A DNA stretch of 64,000 nt from Octopus vulgaris (lineage: Eukaryota), in assembly GCA_951406725.2 (NCBI GenBank), contig OX597817.1, positions 146,878,001-146,942,000 of the forward strand, given 5' to 3'. The position numbers and the translations under genes are program-made. The notes below the pieces were generated by a model, which did no database searches, was not told the origin of the DNA, and saw only the letters and a program-made list of their open reading frames with translations. Positions 1 through 12,542 of the stretch are shown here, in pieces (the stretch's first letter is position 1; each line of letters starts with the position of its first letter).

Positions 1-1000
1 ACATAGGATAGCGCCAGAGAAAAACCGTAAGCTATTGATTGACACGGTAATTACACATAAACATTGGTTGCAGAAATGAAATTTTACCTGTAAGCGGCGA
101 CTGAACCCGTTATTTCAGCATTGATATTTTATGATTCTCACTTATGCGTCAACAAACGCCAACGGTAAGATAGTCAAGGAATATTGATTTGGACAATATT
201 ATAAAAACACAAAGCGTCTCTTTTATTATCAAATCAGAAATAATACCGTTTCATCCCTGCTATTTATTGAGTCATCTGTCCAATAAGTAGAGCAAGTGAG
301 ACTATAAAGACCCATAATATTATCTCTGCCTATTTCCATGGCGTGCATGCATTTATCTTTACAATTTTTATTCATTTCCTATGAAATTGTCTTGGGAAAT
401 ACCACAAGTGAATAAAGAGAAAATACACCATATATGTTTCTTTCAAAATAACAACAAAAGATAACATGAGATAAGAGCTTACAGTAAGTACGGATCGTGT
501 ACCAAGCCAAGGTATCTGATAAAAAGTCAAAAGAGTGGATTCATCTTGAGGTAAGCTTATGAAGGAGAGGAAAAGAGTGAAGAAGAGTTCTAGTTTCAAG
601 GGGCGTAATCTTGTCTTTGCTGTAGAAGAATATAAACTGATAGAGTGCGTTGGAGTTACGTCAGTCAGTATCTTTGTTATGACAAACAGACAGATATACC
701 ATTCTATTTGGAAACAATAAAACTTTCCACGCTCATCTCTAATCTATTTAACCATCGTTTCTCCTCAAAATACAAGAACTGTAAAATAAAAGAGTAAACT
801 AATATACATATACATATACATACATGCATACATACATACATACATACATACATACATACATACACACATAAATATATATATATAATATATATAATATACA
901 CATACATACATATATATATTATATATATATACACATATATATATAATATAACATATATATATATATAATATACATATACATACATTTATACATATATAAG

Positions 1001-1045
<45 letters not shown>

Positions 1046-1176
1046 CACACAGATAAATATATGTATGTACGTACACATATGCATATGTAAAAGTATATAT
1101 ATCTACCTATGTATATGTATATGTGTGTGTATATATATATGTATATATTTACACGCATTCATATGAATACATGTAT

Positions 1177-1207
<31 letters not shown>

Positions 1208-2892
1208 TATACACATATATATATGTATGTATTTATATACACAGATATGTCTATGAATATATACATACGTTTATTGCGTTTGTATAAAATTACAAGACAT
1301 ACAATTACAAAAGTTACAATTGAGGAACAGATTCGGAATATAAAAGAAGAAAACGGATTAGAAAGGCAGAGATTGGAAGAACAAAGGAGACAAAGTAAAG
1401 GCAAGAATTAACAACTACAAACACTCTCTCTCACATACACACATGCATATGTATATATATATATGAATATATACACACATATATATGTATATATATGTAT
1501 ATATATACATGTATACATACATATATGTGTATATATATATACATATATATATGTGTGTGTATGTGTGGAGTGAGTGAGAGAGTGAGAGAGAGAAATAAAG
1601 AGAGAGAGAGAAAGAGAGAGAGAGAGGGAGAAAAAGAAAGGGATAGAGAGAGTGTATAATAGTTAAATAACAAGGGAAAGATATGAATTAAGTAGAGTTT
1701 TGGGTTTAAGTGATCGATTTGATTTCTCCTGATATCGATAGCATCAAGCACAATAAATAGGGGGTAATGATAGTAACCATGACAAGGAGATTGGCAACAT
1801 TATCTTACATACACACAACCCACATGCACACATACACACGTTCAATGAGCCAGACGCTCTCTCTCTTACACACACATACATACACAGGAATACGCACAAC
1901 GCACATAGTCATACATACATAGACACACAGACGTAAAGAGTCACACTTAAGCAGTAACACACTCACAGGCAAATATAGAAAACCATACAAGCACTGACAC
2001 ACAAAAATTAGCACACACACACACACACACACACAGATACACACACACACATGTATATACGCACTAAGACGAATACGCACGCCTGCGTACATACTATGTA
2101 CATATATGTAAAAACAGACCTTCACACACACACACACATAAAGTGGTATATACTTATTCATACACATACAGTGATACGCATATAGGCACTCACTCTGCCA
2201 TTCAGCTACAGAGGCATATATGCACACACATACATAGATACATGCACACACACGCAATCGTACACTCAAAGGCATATCTATAGGTGCACACTTACACCCA
2301 CGTTTAACTAATTTCTATGTTTTCTTTTTATAACACCTTTCTTTATTATCTCAACAAGTCTACCTATCACAACTTGCATTAATTATCATTGTTAACTTAA
2401 TCTTAGGCAGCGTTTCGCCACCAAAAGTTTCATTATCGTCATTGTCGCCATATTCATCATCAACATCATCATCACAACCATGACCACCACCACCACCACC
2501 ACCACCACCACCATCAACATCATCATCACCGCTGTTGTCGTCATCGTCGTTTTCGTCGTCGCCGCCGTCGACGTCGTCTTTGTCACCGCCGCTACTACCA
2601 TCAAAATCATTATTGTCTCTCTCGTCCTCCTCCACCTCGTCCTCCTCCTCCTCCTCATCATCATCATTACCAACCTACCATCATCATTGTGATCATCATC
2701 ACCATCGCCAGTATCATCAATGCCACTCTTGTAAATCATCTTCTTATCACTACCACAATCAAACCACGACCTAATATCACCACCATCGCATCATCACCGA
2801 CTAAACTACCACCACTACCACCACCACCACCACCACCACCACCACCACCACCACCACCACCACCACCACCACCACCGCTACTATTAGCTCCA

Positions 2893-3126
2893 ATACTGCT
2901 ACGATGGGCCAGTCATGTCGCAAGGTTCACAGGCAATCGGTGGACACGAACGAGCGGAAGAAACCATTCGGAAGATCTCCAGTCAGGTGGGAAGATGATT
3001 TAAGAAAGATTTTTGGAACAACGTGGAGGAGAATGGCAAGAGCATGAGGGGATCAGAGAAGATGCTGTGGTCAGCAGAGCCGACACGGCACCTGACAGCC
3101 TGGCTGATTCAGGTGATCCAGGTGAT
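2893..3126 (+). mobile_element. RTE-clade LINE 3' fragment (degenerate)
   Basis: Frameshifted translation LLRWASHVARFTGNRWT...RKKPFGRSPVRWEDDLRK matches the RTE ORF C-terminal pattern RWAGHVAR..DNRWT...RP.GRP..RW.DD; ends in a short tandem tail caggtgat. Confidence 0.75.
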
Positions 3127-3635
3127 ATTATGAAACATCTATTGACAATGCATTTGTATTTGAACAACTTTGTACAAAGATTTATTTTTAAATATTTTCA
3201 GTCTTTGCAAATACGATCAGAAAGAAAATATCAAAAACAAAGAAGAAATGTGGTTACAGCCGCCTCAAGTTCTTTATCACAACTAATGACTTTATATTTA
3301 AATTTAATCAGATACTTTTGATTAAGTCTGTGTTGTACATGAAATATATATTGTTTATTATTAAGTAAACATATATTTTAGATGAGACAGCTGCCGCATA
3401 GATTTGTGAACCAAGCTATCCATCACGGCGGTAGATTAGTTGCCTACTGCTATATCTAGAAGCTCTTCTTGTTATCGATTTGGGAGGCGTTTTCGTACGT
3501 CTTCTATAAGGAACGCTCAACAAACCACGAAACTGTTCGTCAGGAGGCTCTTACAATCGTTTTATGCACATCGAAAGGGACAGAAAGACTGTTTGTTTTT
3601 ACACTGTTATGCAGTTCTTCATAATATTAAATGAC

Positions 3636-4290
3636 TTTATAATAGTTAAATTTGTTCCACCCTTCTCACTCAGCGTCAAAACCTGTGTAGGAAGGGTTTT
3701 CTTTAGATTACTAAATAAGTATTTCACACAGTTCCAAAGGTATATGAGATTATTGAGATTATTCTACAGACATATTTTAAGGGTCCCGTTCAGCTGTGCA
3801 CCTAATGTAAAAACGAGTTTAGTGAACGCCACCACACCTGCTTAGAGGCAGAATGGTCAGGTAGGGTTAACATTGGGTGCCCAGTGGACGGTGGATGCAA
3901 TGCTGAGGCCGTGGTTTACGGATCAGATATGATGTCGAACAATGGCAGCATCAACCACAGATGCAGCAGCAACGAAACACGCATACGGAAAAGCGGAGGA
4001 ACTCATTAAAGACAGGCCAAATGACCACAGGCTATCTTTTAGAATCTCAGAGGTGCGTAATGTTACAATGTTACCCAGCTATATATGGTAATTAAAAGAA
4101 GAGGGAATGCCATACGAAATTAACTGAAAGTTGCTGGAACAACCTGGACCATACATCAACAGAAGTAGACTGTGCAAACTTTTCTTGGCCGAGAGGACAA
4201 CTATCATTAAAAAATGCGCACGATCCGGGTGCCATCTTGAAAACAAAATGTGTAATTTTTAGTCATACCTTCATGACAGAATTTCCTACT
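3636..4290 (+). mobile_element. Penelope-like element remnant: RT thumb/linker plus GIY-YIG endonuclease (pseudogenised)
   Basis: Reads FVPPFSLSVKTCVGRVFFRLLNKYF...VPFSCAPN, then CPVDGGCNAEAVVY, then YGKAEELIKDRPNDHRLSFR...MLPSYIW*LKEEG...PY...CKLFLAERTTI. This follows the PLE pattern (W)FNPPFS..VKT.VG..FL.L..KHF / CPL.G.C...VVY / YIG.....K.R..H..SF / YIW.LK / C.LCL.E. Contains stops and a frameshift. Confidence 0.8.
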
Positions 4291-4477
4291 GGAAATGTGG
4301 TTTCCTATTGGAAATGTGGTTTTCCCTGTTTGCGGATTAGAGAATAGAAAAATGCGCACAGATTGACAAATTTCGGCCACAATGTTTTGTAATATTAGAG
4401 GCGACGCAAAAGCTCTGAATGTTAAATTTTTTCAACCATTCAGATAAAGTACATATCAAATATGCGTATTTATGTAC

Positions 4478-4570
4478 TGAGTCGACTTTGCCTTTCATTC
4501 TTTCATTCTTTCGGGGTCAATAAAATAAGTACCAGATGAGAACTAGAGTCGATGTAATCGACTATCCCAA
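4478..4570 (+). mobile_element. SINE family A, central fragment
   Basis: gagtcgactttgcctttcat...cggggtcaataaaataagtaccag matches the body of the full copies at 22054 and 59643. Confidence 0.75.
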
Positions 4571-5110
4571 AATTTGAAGCCAATGTTACATATGCCCTGT
4601 CCAAAATTCTTGTCAAGTCTTGTTCAAATGTCTTGTCCAAAATTTACTTTCTCATTCACCAAACGCTTCAAAGAGCAGATAAGATACGAATTCAAGACAC
4701 ATATATAGTACGAATATATATATATGTGTGTGTGTGTATGTATATATGAGTGTCTGTGTGGATATGTGTGTACGTGTGTATGCATGCATGTATGAATGTA
4801 TGTTTAATTTATTTTCGTATTGTGACAACAATTGGAATGTGCGGAAGTTGAGCAAAAGTTGATCGAAGCCGGATAATCTGATCAAGTGTTGAAGTGAACT
4901 CGCATAATTTAATTGGCTGAAACTGTTCACGAAAAGTCGTCAATACAATTATATACCCATATACGTAGACACTTACACACACTAATACACATACACAAAT
5001 ATACATGGACACAAATACACATACACACGAACGTGCTCACAATCACACACGAATGTATACGAATGGCATTGAGCAACTTGAAACTGTTTCATGCAATATT
5101 TAATGCTTTT

Positions 5111-5620
5111 AAGGCGGTGAGCTGGCAGAAACGTTAGCACACCGGGCGAAATGCTTAGCGGTATTTCGTCTGTCGCTACGTTCTGAGTTCAAATTCCGCC
5201 GAGGTCGACTTTGCCTTTCATCCTTTCGGGGTCGATAAATTAAGTACCAGTTACGCACTGGGGTCGATGTAATCGACTTAATACCTATGTCTGTCCTTGT
5301 TTGTCCCTACTGTGTTTAGCCCCTTGTGGGTAATAAAGAAATAGGTATTTCGTCTGCCGCTACGTTCTGAGTTCAAATTCCGCCAAGGTCGACTTTGCCT
5401 TTCATCCTTTCGGGGTCGATAAATTAAATACCAGTTACGCACTGGGGCCGATATAATCGACTTAATTAGTTTGTCTGTCCTTGCTTGTCCTCTCTGTGTT
5501 TAGCCCCTTGTGGGTAATAAAGAAATAGGTATTTCGTCTGCCGCTACGTTCTGAGTTCAAATTCCGCCGAGGTCAACTTTGCCTTTCATCCTTTCTGGGT
5601 CGATGAATTAAGTACCAGTT
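5111..5620 (+). mobile_element. SINE family A: one headed copy followed by two head-less tandem units
   Basis: Head aaggcggtgagctggcagaaacgttagc with B-box-like gagttcaaattcc; an ~185 bp unit is repeated with the junction aaagaaata|ggtatttcgtctg at ~5344 and ~5527. Confidence 0.9.
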
Positions 5621-6165
5621 CAATTAAAAAACTGCTCTGTAGTGAATCCTAATATATATATTTTTTCAAAGAAGCCATGGATTTTGTAGCATGGAAATCT
5701 AGATTTACTTACGGAGACAGCAACTGAGTATCGCCTGAGGAGATACATATAAATCTTCTTATTCTTCTTATACAGGTAAATCGTTAAATAATTTAATTTA
5801 AACTTAACTTTAAATCCTGTATATACGTGTATCTGTATATATCGAAACATTTGCAGCGATTAAAAAGCTGCCTAAACGTACCTACCCTTCCTTTTGACAC
5901 GTTTACTTTATACTTTTTATTTTCACACACGAGGAATACCTAGAATTGGTAGCATGTCATAAGAATACTACCGACAATTTGGGAATTCTAAGGGTGATCG
6001 AGCTCTATTTGTACACTTATACGTTCTTAACAGAACACACCTCAACTATATATGTATATATATATAACGGGAAGCTTTATGAAAATAAACAAAAGGCGAA
6101 GGCAGGTGGAATACAAACAAACAATTGTATTAGTATGGCGCTCAGGAATATAAATAAAACAAGTC

Positions 6166-6199
6166 TTTTACGTTTCGAGCCTACGCTCTTCAACAGAAA
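6166..6199 (-). ncRNA. Minimal hammerhead-like motif (CUGUUGA core) in a short cassette at ~6068-6199
   Basis: Minus strand: ttt CTGTTGA a gagc-gtag-gctc GAAA cg TA aaa. Homologues at 34235 and 42364. Confidence 0.5.
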
Positions 6200-6238
6200 T
6201 AGATGTAAGCATACATGCATATACATATATATGTGTCA

Positions 6239-6278
<40 letters not shown>

Positions 6279-6401
6279 TGACACATATATGTATATGCAT
6301 GTATGCTTACATCTATTATCTGTGTGTTTATATATTAATTCATCTATATGTGAATGCATGATTGTAAATATATTTACTTGTCCGTATATTCAAAGAAAAT
6401 T

Positions 6402-6491
6402 GTTGCTGTTGTTGTTGTTGTTGTTGTTGTTCTTCTTCTTCTTCTTCTTCTTCTTCTTCTTCTTCTTCTTCTTCTTCTGCTGCTGCTGCTG

Positions 6492-6558
<67 letters not shown>
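6402..6558. repeat. Compound trinucleotide microsatellite (GTT)n(CTT)n(CTG)n(CTA)n
   Basis: Directly visible; successive blocks differ by single-base changes. Confidence 0.95.
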
Positions 6559-6559
<1 letters not shown>

Positions 6560-6982
6560 GTATCGAGCAAACATTGTGCAAAAATTTGTTCATACCATTC
6601 AACAGAGTTGAGAATATTTTATCAATAGTTGTCAATCTTTACAATGGTGTAACACAGTATAATGTAGAATATTGAGAAAAACGATTTACAGCTATTGGAG
6701 GAGAAAAGGAAAACGATATACAAGATGGCTGAAAGGAAAAAATATAAAGAAAATACGGCAGAGAAACAACGCAGGAAAGCAATCAAGCCGAAGAGAAAAA
6801 TGCGTGAATTAAGGACTGAGTGGAAAGAAAACGAATGAAATAGTTAATGTAAAGGTCGAAAATGGAGTTGACATTTGAACATATTTAACCATTTATTGCC
6901 AATAGTCACTATGACAACGACACACAGATACACAGACACACTGACACACACATACACACACACACACACACAAAACATATAT

Positions 6983-7128
6983 AGGCGCAGGAGTGGCTAT
7001 GTGGTAAGAAGCTTGCTTACCAACCACATGGTTCCGTGGCACCTTGGGCAAGTGTCTTCTACTATAGCCTCAGGCCAACCAAAGCCTTGTGAGTGGATTT
7101 GGTAGACGGAAACTGAAAGAAGCCCGTA

Positions 7129-7165
<37 letters not shown>

Positions 7166-7556
7166 TAAAAACAGTAAGATAACAACAGAAAGAAAGAGAC
7201 CTCAATATTATGTAAATAGAGGAATTTATCTGTAAATGTAATATGTGACAATTATTCGGTAGCCAAGATAAAACTCTGAGTTTCGGAGCCGAGGTGGAAA
7301 TCCACACCACCATCTCTTCAGTTATCATATATATATATATATGTATGTATTTGTGTGTCTGTGTTTGTTTTCCCCCACACCATCTCTTGACAGCCGATGC
7401 TGGTGTGTTTACGTCACTTTAAGCTAGCGGTTCAGCGAAAGAGACCGATAGAATAAGTTATTTCTTACAAAGAATAAATTCAGGGTTTGATTTCTTCGAC
7501 TAAAAGGCGGTGCTCCAGTATGACCGCTGTCAAATGACTGAAACATGTAAAAGAAT
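6983..7556 (+). mobile_element. SINE family C with internal (TA)n, interrupted by an HHR cassette
   Basis: Head aggcgcaggagtggctatgtggtaag; tail ...aaggcggtgctccagtatgaccgc...gactgaaacatgtaaaagaata; homologous to the copies at 21776, 40845 and 43680. Confidence 0.9.
7267..7326 (-). ncRNA. Type I hammerhead ribozyme candidate (canonical core) in cassette 7162-7327
   Basis: Minus strand: gataa CTGAAGA gatggtggtgtggatttccacctcggctcc GAAA ctcagag TT ttatc. Stem I gataa/ttatc, near-palindromic helix III, GUU site; stem II base is imperfect in this copy. Confidence 0.7.
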
Positions 7557-7611
7557 AGAGATTAACACATTTAAAACTTTAGTTGTAAGTGAAAAACATT
7601 AAATATTATTT

Positions 7612-7828
7612 TCTAAGCACAAGGCCCGAAATTTTTGGGGAGGAGACCAGTTGATCAGATCGACCCCAGTACGCAACTGGTACTTAATTTATCGACCCTG
7701 AAAGGATGAATGGCAAAGTCGATCTTGGCAGAATTTGAACTCAGAATGTAGCGGCAGACGAAATACCTATTTCCTTACTACCCACAAGGGGCTAAACACA
7801 GAGGGGACAAACAAGGACAGACAAACGG
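7612..7828 (-). mobile_element. SINE family A, tail plus head-less body (tandem junction)
   Basis: Reverse complement of the family A tail joined to the body through the same gaaata|ggtatttcg junction (gacgaaatacctatttc at ~7758-7774). Confidence 0.85.
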
Positions 7829-7911
7829 TCGTAACGCCTGGTAGAAGTTTTGTCCTCTTTCGGATCGGGATTTGAATCCAGAGAGTAGAGATCTGGTACA
7901 TATAGAGCTAT

Positions 7912-8292
7912 GTGGAGGCGCAATGGCCCAGTGGTTAGGGCAGCGGACTCGCGGTCGTAGGATCGTGGTTTCGATTCCCAGACCAGGCGTTGTGAGTGTT
8001 TATTGAGCGAAAACACCTAAAGCTCCATGAGACTCCGGCAGGGATGGTGGTGATCCCTGCTGTACTCTTTCACCACAACTTTCTCTTACTATTACTTCCT
8101 GTTTCTGTTGTACCTGTATTTCAAAGGGCCGGCCTTGTCACTCTGTGTCACGCTGAATATCCCCGAGAACTGCGTTAAGGGTACACGTGTCTGTGGAGTG
8201 CTCAGCCACTTACACGTTAATTTCACGAGCAGGCTGTTCCGTTGATCGGATCAACCGGAACCCTCGTCGTCGTAACCGACGGAGTGCTTCCT
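7912..8292 (+). mobile_element. SINE family B (tRNA-derived head), full length with TSD
   Basis: tRNA-like head ggaggcgcaatggcccagtggttagggcagcggactcgcgg...ggtttcgattccc with A and B boxes; flanked by the direct repeat tatagagctat. Confidence 0.9.
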
Positions 8293-9364
8293 ATAGAGCT
8301 ATACATCCCCTCCGACGTTCTAATAATTTCACCGAATCCTCCGCCTGGACTGAAACATTTTCATCGACATCGAAAGAATAAAAAAACGTTGACTTCGGCG
8401 GAATTTGATCTTAGAAAGCCGGCAGTCAGGATAGATATTGTTCGCAAGGCAAACTAATGACTTTTCCTATTCACATAGAAATAAGCAAATATCCCTCAGA
8501 TCATACATGGAGCTCTTAAAAAGTGAAAAATGCATGAGATAATGTAATCCTAGATATATTATGTCTATATCATTACTGTAGCAGAATACCAAGAGACATC
8601 TTCTGCACGAAAGTCAAACAGTAAAATGGGCGCTAAAATAATTCAGTGGACTTGTAATTAATTAGAATTACAACTATAATGGGAAGAACCAATTTTTATC
8701 TTATTTAGTAACTCTGGTCAAGAAAGGCATGGCAGACAGTCCTCAGAAGTTAAATTACATTAATAATAAAATCCAGTGGAAGAGTGTCTCATTTTAGTTG
8801 TACGGTGACAACTCAGGCCATGTTTCTTTCTAATTAGACCTCATCAGCTAAGTATGCCATTGCCTTACTACATGAAGTACTTTAGTGCCTGTTTTACTAT
8901 GTCTGAATACAAGACAGGATGGTCAAGACTGGCTAGGATTGATTAGCGTGAACAAGGCGTAGGTGGATAACAATAATAACGGCAACAACATACAATAGAA
9001 AAAGACCCAACAAAAGCGAAAAATTACTCACGCACACCAGTATAGAATTAATATGGAAATGAGTCATTGTTGAAACTTTATATATAATCAAGGATCTATT
9101 ATTAAACGTGCACAGTCGTTTGTAGTCTTATATCAAAGTGCAATCAGCGAACAACAGCGAGGTTTTAATATGAAGACAGAAATGGAAATAAGAAAATGAG
9201 ATGCATTCGTTAATATAAAGTAAATACGTTGATGACTTTACATATACACACATACACGCATATGTATGCATGTATGTATGTGTGTATGTATGTATATATG
9301 TACGTATGTATGTATGTATGTATGTATGTATGTATGTATGTATGTATGTATGTACGTATGTACG

Positions 9365-9422
<58 letters not shown>

Positions 9423-9611
9423 CCTATCTATCTATCTATATTATGGATACTTAGCATAAGACAATGAGCAGATATATATGCTTTGCTAAACAGTTTGCCG
9501 GGTTCGATCCCATCTCGCAATAATTTCGGTATTTTCTTCTCTAGCCGTAAGTTTGACTAATTCTTCAGGAGAAGAACTTGACAGACAAAAACGGTGCAGA
9601 AATGCTACATA

Positions 9612-9683
<72 letters not shown>

Positions 9684-9854
9684 CCTCACTTAATCAATTA
9701 ATGCATATATATTTTTTATATATAACTAACGGCGGTGCATCAGCATGGCCGCAGCTCTGAGCTGAAACTTAAAAAAAAATAACTGATAACTTTGACAGGT
9801 TTCGGCCAGTATAGGCCCAAGCCATGTCTAACTTAATATCACCACCTGGTAATA

Positions 9855-9900
<46 letters not shown>

Positions 9901-9903
<3 letters not shown>

Positions 9904-10222
9904 GTATTAATAAAATATATGGAAAAAATGGTTTCGACCCGTTCTGGGTTTCTTCGGGTACATAAAAAAAAAAGTCTCACTAGAGATTCGGTTTTACGTA
10001 TCGCTAAATGTCCGTCAACTTTTTAAACCAGACAATGTTCTGAAAAGACACCCACATAGATTGCACCTACGATTTGGACACTTGGAGACACGTAAAACCG
10101 AATCTCTAGTGAGACTTTATATATTTTTTATTTATTTATGTACCCAAAGAGACCCAGAACGGGTCGAAATATGTGTCGTGCTAAATAAAATCTTTTGTTT
10201 TTCCATCTATTTTATTAATACT
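9901..10222. mobile_element. Inverted-repeat cassette carrying HHR-like motifs in both arms
   Basis: Arms ~9901-10000 and ~10090-10222 are reverse complements. The right arm reads gtac CCAAAGA gaccc-agaac-gggtc GAAA tatgt GTC gtgc (10140-10181) and the left arm core reads CCGAAGA. The left end abuts (TA)n. Confidence 0.7.
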
Positions 10223-10234
10223 GTTACCCCAACC

Positions 10235-10295
10235 ACCACTATGAAGTTCCTGCAATCTACAGATAATGGCAGGTAATTGAAACTGTGCCGGTGGT
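10235..10295 (+). ncRNA. Degenerate hammerhead-like motif
   Basis: accact ATGAAGT t cctgc...gcagg taatt GAAA ctgtg CC ggtggt: stems I and II are present but the core is mutated; the tail ends ttttccccattatata. Confidence 0.4.
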
Positions 10296-10437
10296 TTACT
10301 CATCGTCCACTTATACATTTTGTATTATTTCCCCATTATATATGTATATATATGAATTAGAAAAAAAAACCTTTTATCAGTTCAATAATGAAAAATTAAA
10401 TTATACCATTTAGAAAAGTTACATATAATATTCCCTC

Positions 10438-10514
<77 letters not shown>

Positions 10515-11563
10515 TATATATATATATATATGGATTTTACCACATGATATCTCGGGTTATTTCTCACATATCAAGAATATACCCCACTTTGAATTGAAAA
10601 GACTTCATTATGTAAAGCCTTATGGTAATGTGAAATTCTAAATATATCTTAATCTAAAGTTAGTGAAAAATGCACTGAACAATATAATGTAATACTGAAC
10701 AATATAATACTTATTGTGCGCCATTAAGAACGACCTCTTGACTTAGTATAGATCCAGTTGAAGGTAAGAACATTTACATATTTCTTACAATTTTGAGATT
10801 ATCTTCCATCCACCTTTCAGTGAGACCACAAATCTGCATTTTACATTCAATCGAAAATGTTTTAAATGTATCACTAATATTTTTTTAAAAAATTCCCCCA
10901 AGGCTTGATTTTTGGTTAACAGAGTTGCAGAAAGCATTGTTCTCTTCATTTAAACATACTTTGGTAACTGTGTCTAATCGAGATATAACTTTATTGCAGG
11001 ACTCACATACATTAAATTTTATTTAAATTTATGCTTCAAGTGCATTAAACGAGGAATCAGAAATACTAGATTCTGCAGATACGTTTCTAAGTATTTAATT
11101 TTTTCCACGTCTCCCTCAAAACCACTGAATTTCTCCAAACGGTGTAAAATAATGTAATCTTCTCATCGTTTATTCCTTTGGAATAAAAACAATGTTGTCT
11201 TCGAAGCATATGCCGAAAGTAGATGAATTTGAATAACATCTGCGTTCAACTCCATTTATTTGCTTATACTATACAAATTACTCCAAATTAACACGGAGTT
11301 TCTACCTTTGAATAGGTCGCTACATCCTTGTTACTTGCGTGAAGTTTGCTACTCTGGTAACTGTTTATTGAATTTTGCGTGTTGTGTTCTTGAACAAGGC
11401 CCTTTATTTCACATTGCTCCAGTTCATTCAGCTGTAGAAATGAGTTGCGACGTCACTGGTGCCAAGCTGTATCGGCCTTTGCCTTTCCCTTGGATAACAT
11501 CGGTAGCGTGGAGAGGGGAAGCTGGTATGCATGGGCATACTATTGTATAATTATGTAAACAAA

Positions 11564-11671
<108 letters not shown>

Positions 11672-11843
11672 ATATATAAACGGTTATATAAATCGCCAAT
11701 TATTTAATCCATCTTCATCAAATGCACCCATTTAATATTAATAGACTATAGGGAAACGTGTAATAGAGAAAGTGATATTGTAACATGTATCTCTTTCTCC
11801 AAGAGCAATAGTCTTGCATATGGTTTCATCTTTTAAAAGTAGT

Positions 11844-11899
<56 letters not shown>

Positions 11900-12487
11900 G
11901 GAAATTATTATTTTCTTAGAACATTCGAGAAGCAATATGAAGTCAACTTACTCCAGTTGGGAATCAAGCCTGACTCTACAATGTTGGTTATTAAAGAATT
12001 TAATGCATAGCCCCTATTTTGCGTAGTCGTTAGTCCCAGCCCCTTCAAATGATAGGTGGTGATCTTTTACATGTCACAAGCATTCATGTTATGTATTCGG
12101 TCTTTTCCCTGCCAACAGTCACTAAGCTCCTAACATGGATCAGGGTACTGGCCCTTTTTTCTATCTGGCTAAGCGATAAACAAAGTGCAAAGAATAAGAA
12201 GCATTCGAACCTAAATCTCAAGCTCATTTCACTGTCAACGCTGAAAGAAAAGGAAAACCTGACCTGAACGAGAGAGAAAGAAAGAGAGAGAGAGAGAGAG
12301 AGAAAGAGAAAGAGGAGAAAGAGAGGGAGTAGAAAGAAAGAGAATGAGGAGATAGAGAGAGAAAGAGAGAATGGGGGTGATAGATAGAGAGATAGAAACG
12401 GAGAGGTAGAAAGGGGGAGAGAGAAAGAGAGAGAATGGGTGAACAGCTGTGTGAGTGATACGAAACAAGATATAAAACGTTAGTATT

Positions 12488-12542
<55 letters not shown>

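Noticed and set aside
4123-4130. In-frame TGA in the PLE endonuclease read as selenocysteine
   Set aside because: It falls at a conserved Trp position (I.WK) and the frame also has TAA stops and a frameshift; this is ordinary decay.
5160-5620. CRISPR-like or satellite array
   Set aside because: The units are ~185 bp SINE bodies without unique spacers, in a eukaryotic context.
7912-7990. tRNA-like sequence with A/B boxes
   Set aside because: It continues into a SINE body, is repeated at 38260 and 42809 and has a TSD; it is a SINE head, not a tRNA gene.
10770-11250. Coding-looking minus-strand stretch (VCESCNKVISRLD...)
   Set aside because: It is interrupted by stops and I recognise no domain, so I cannot assign it.
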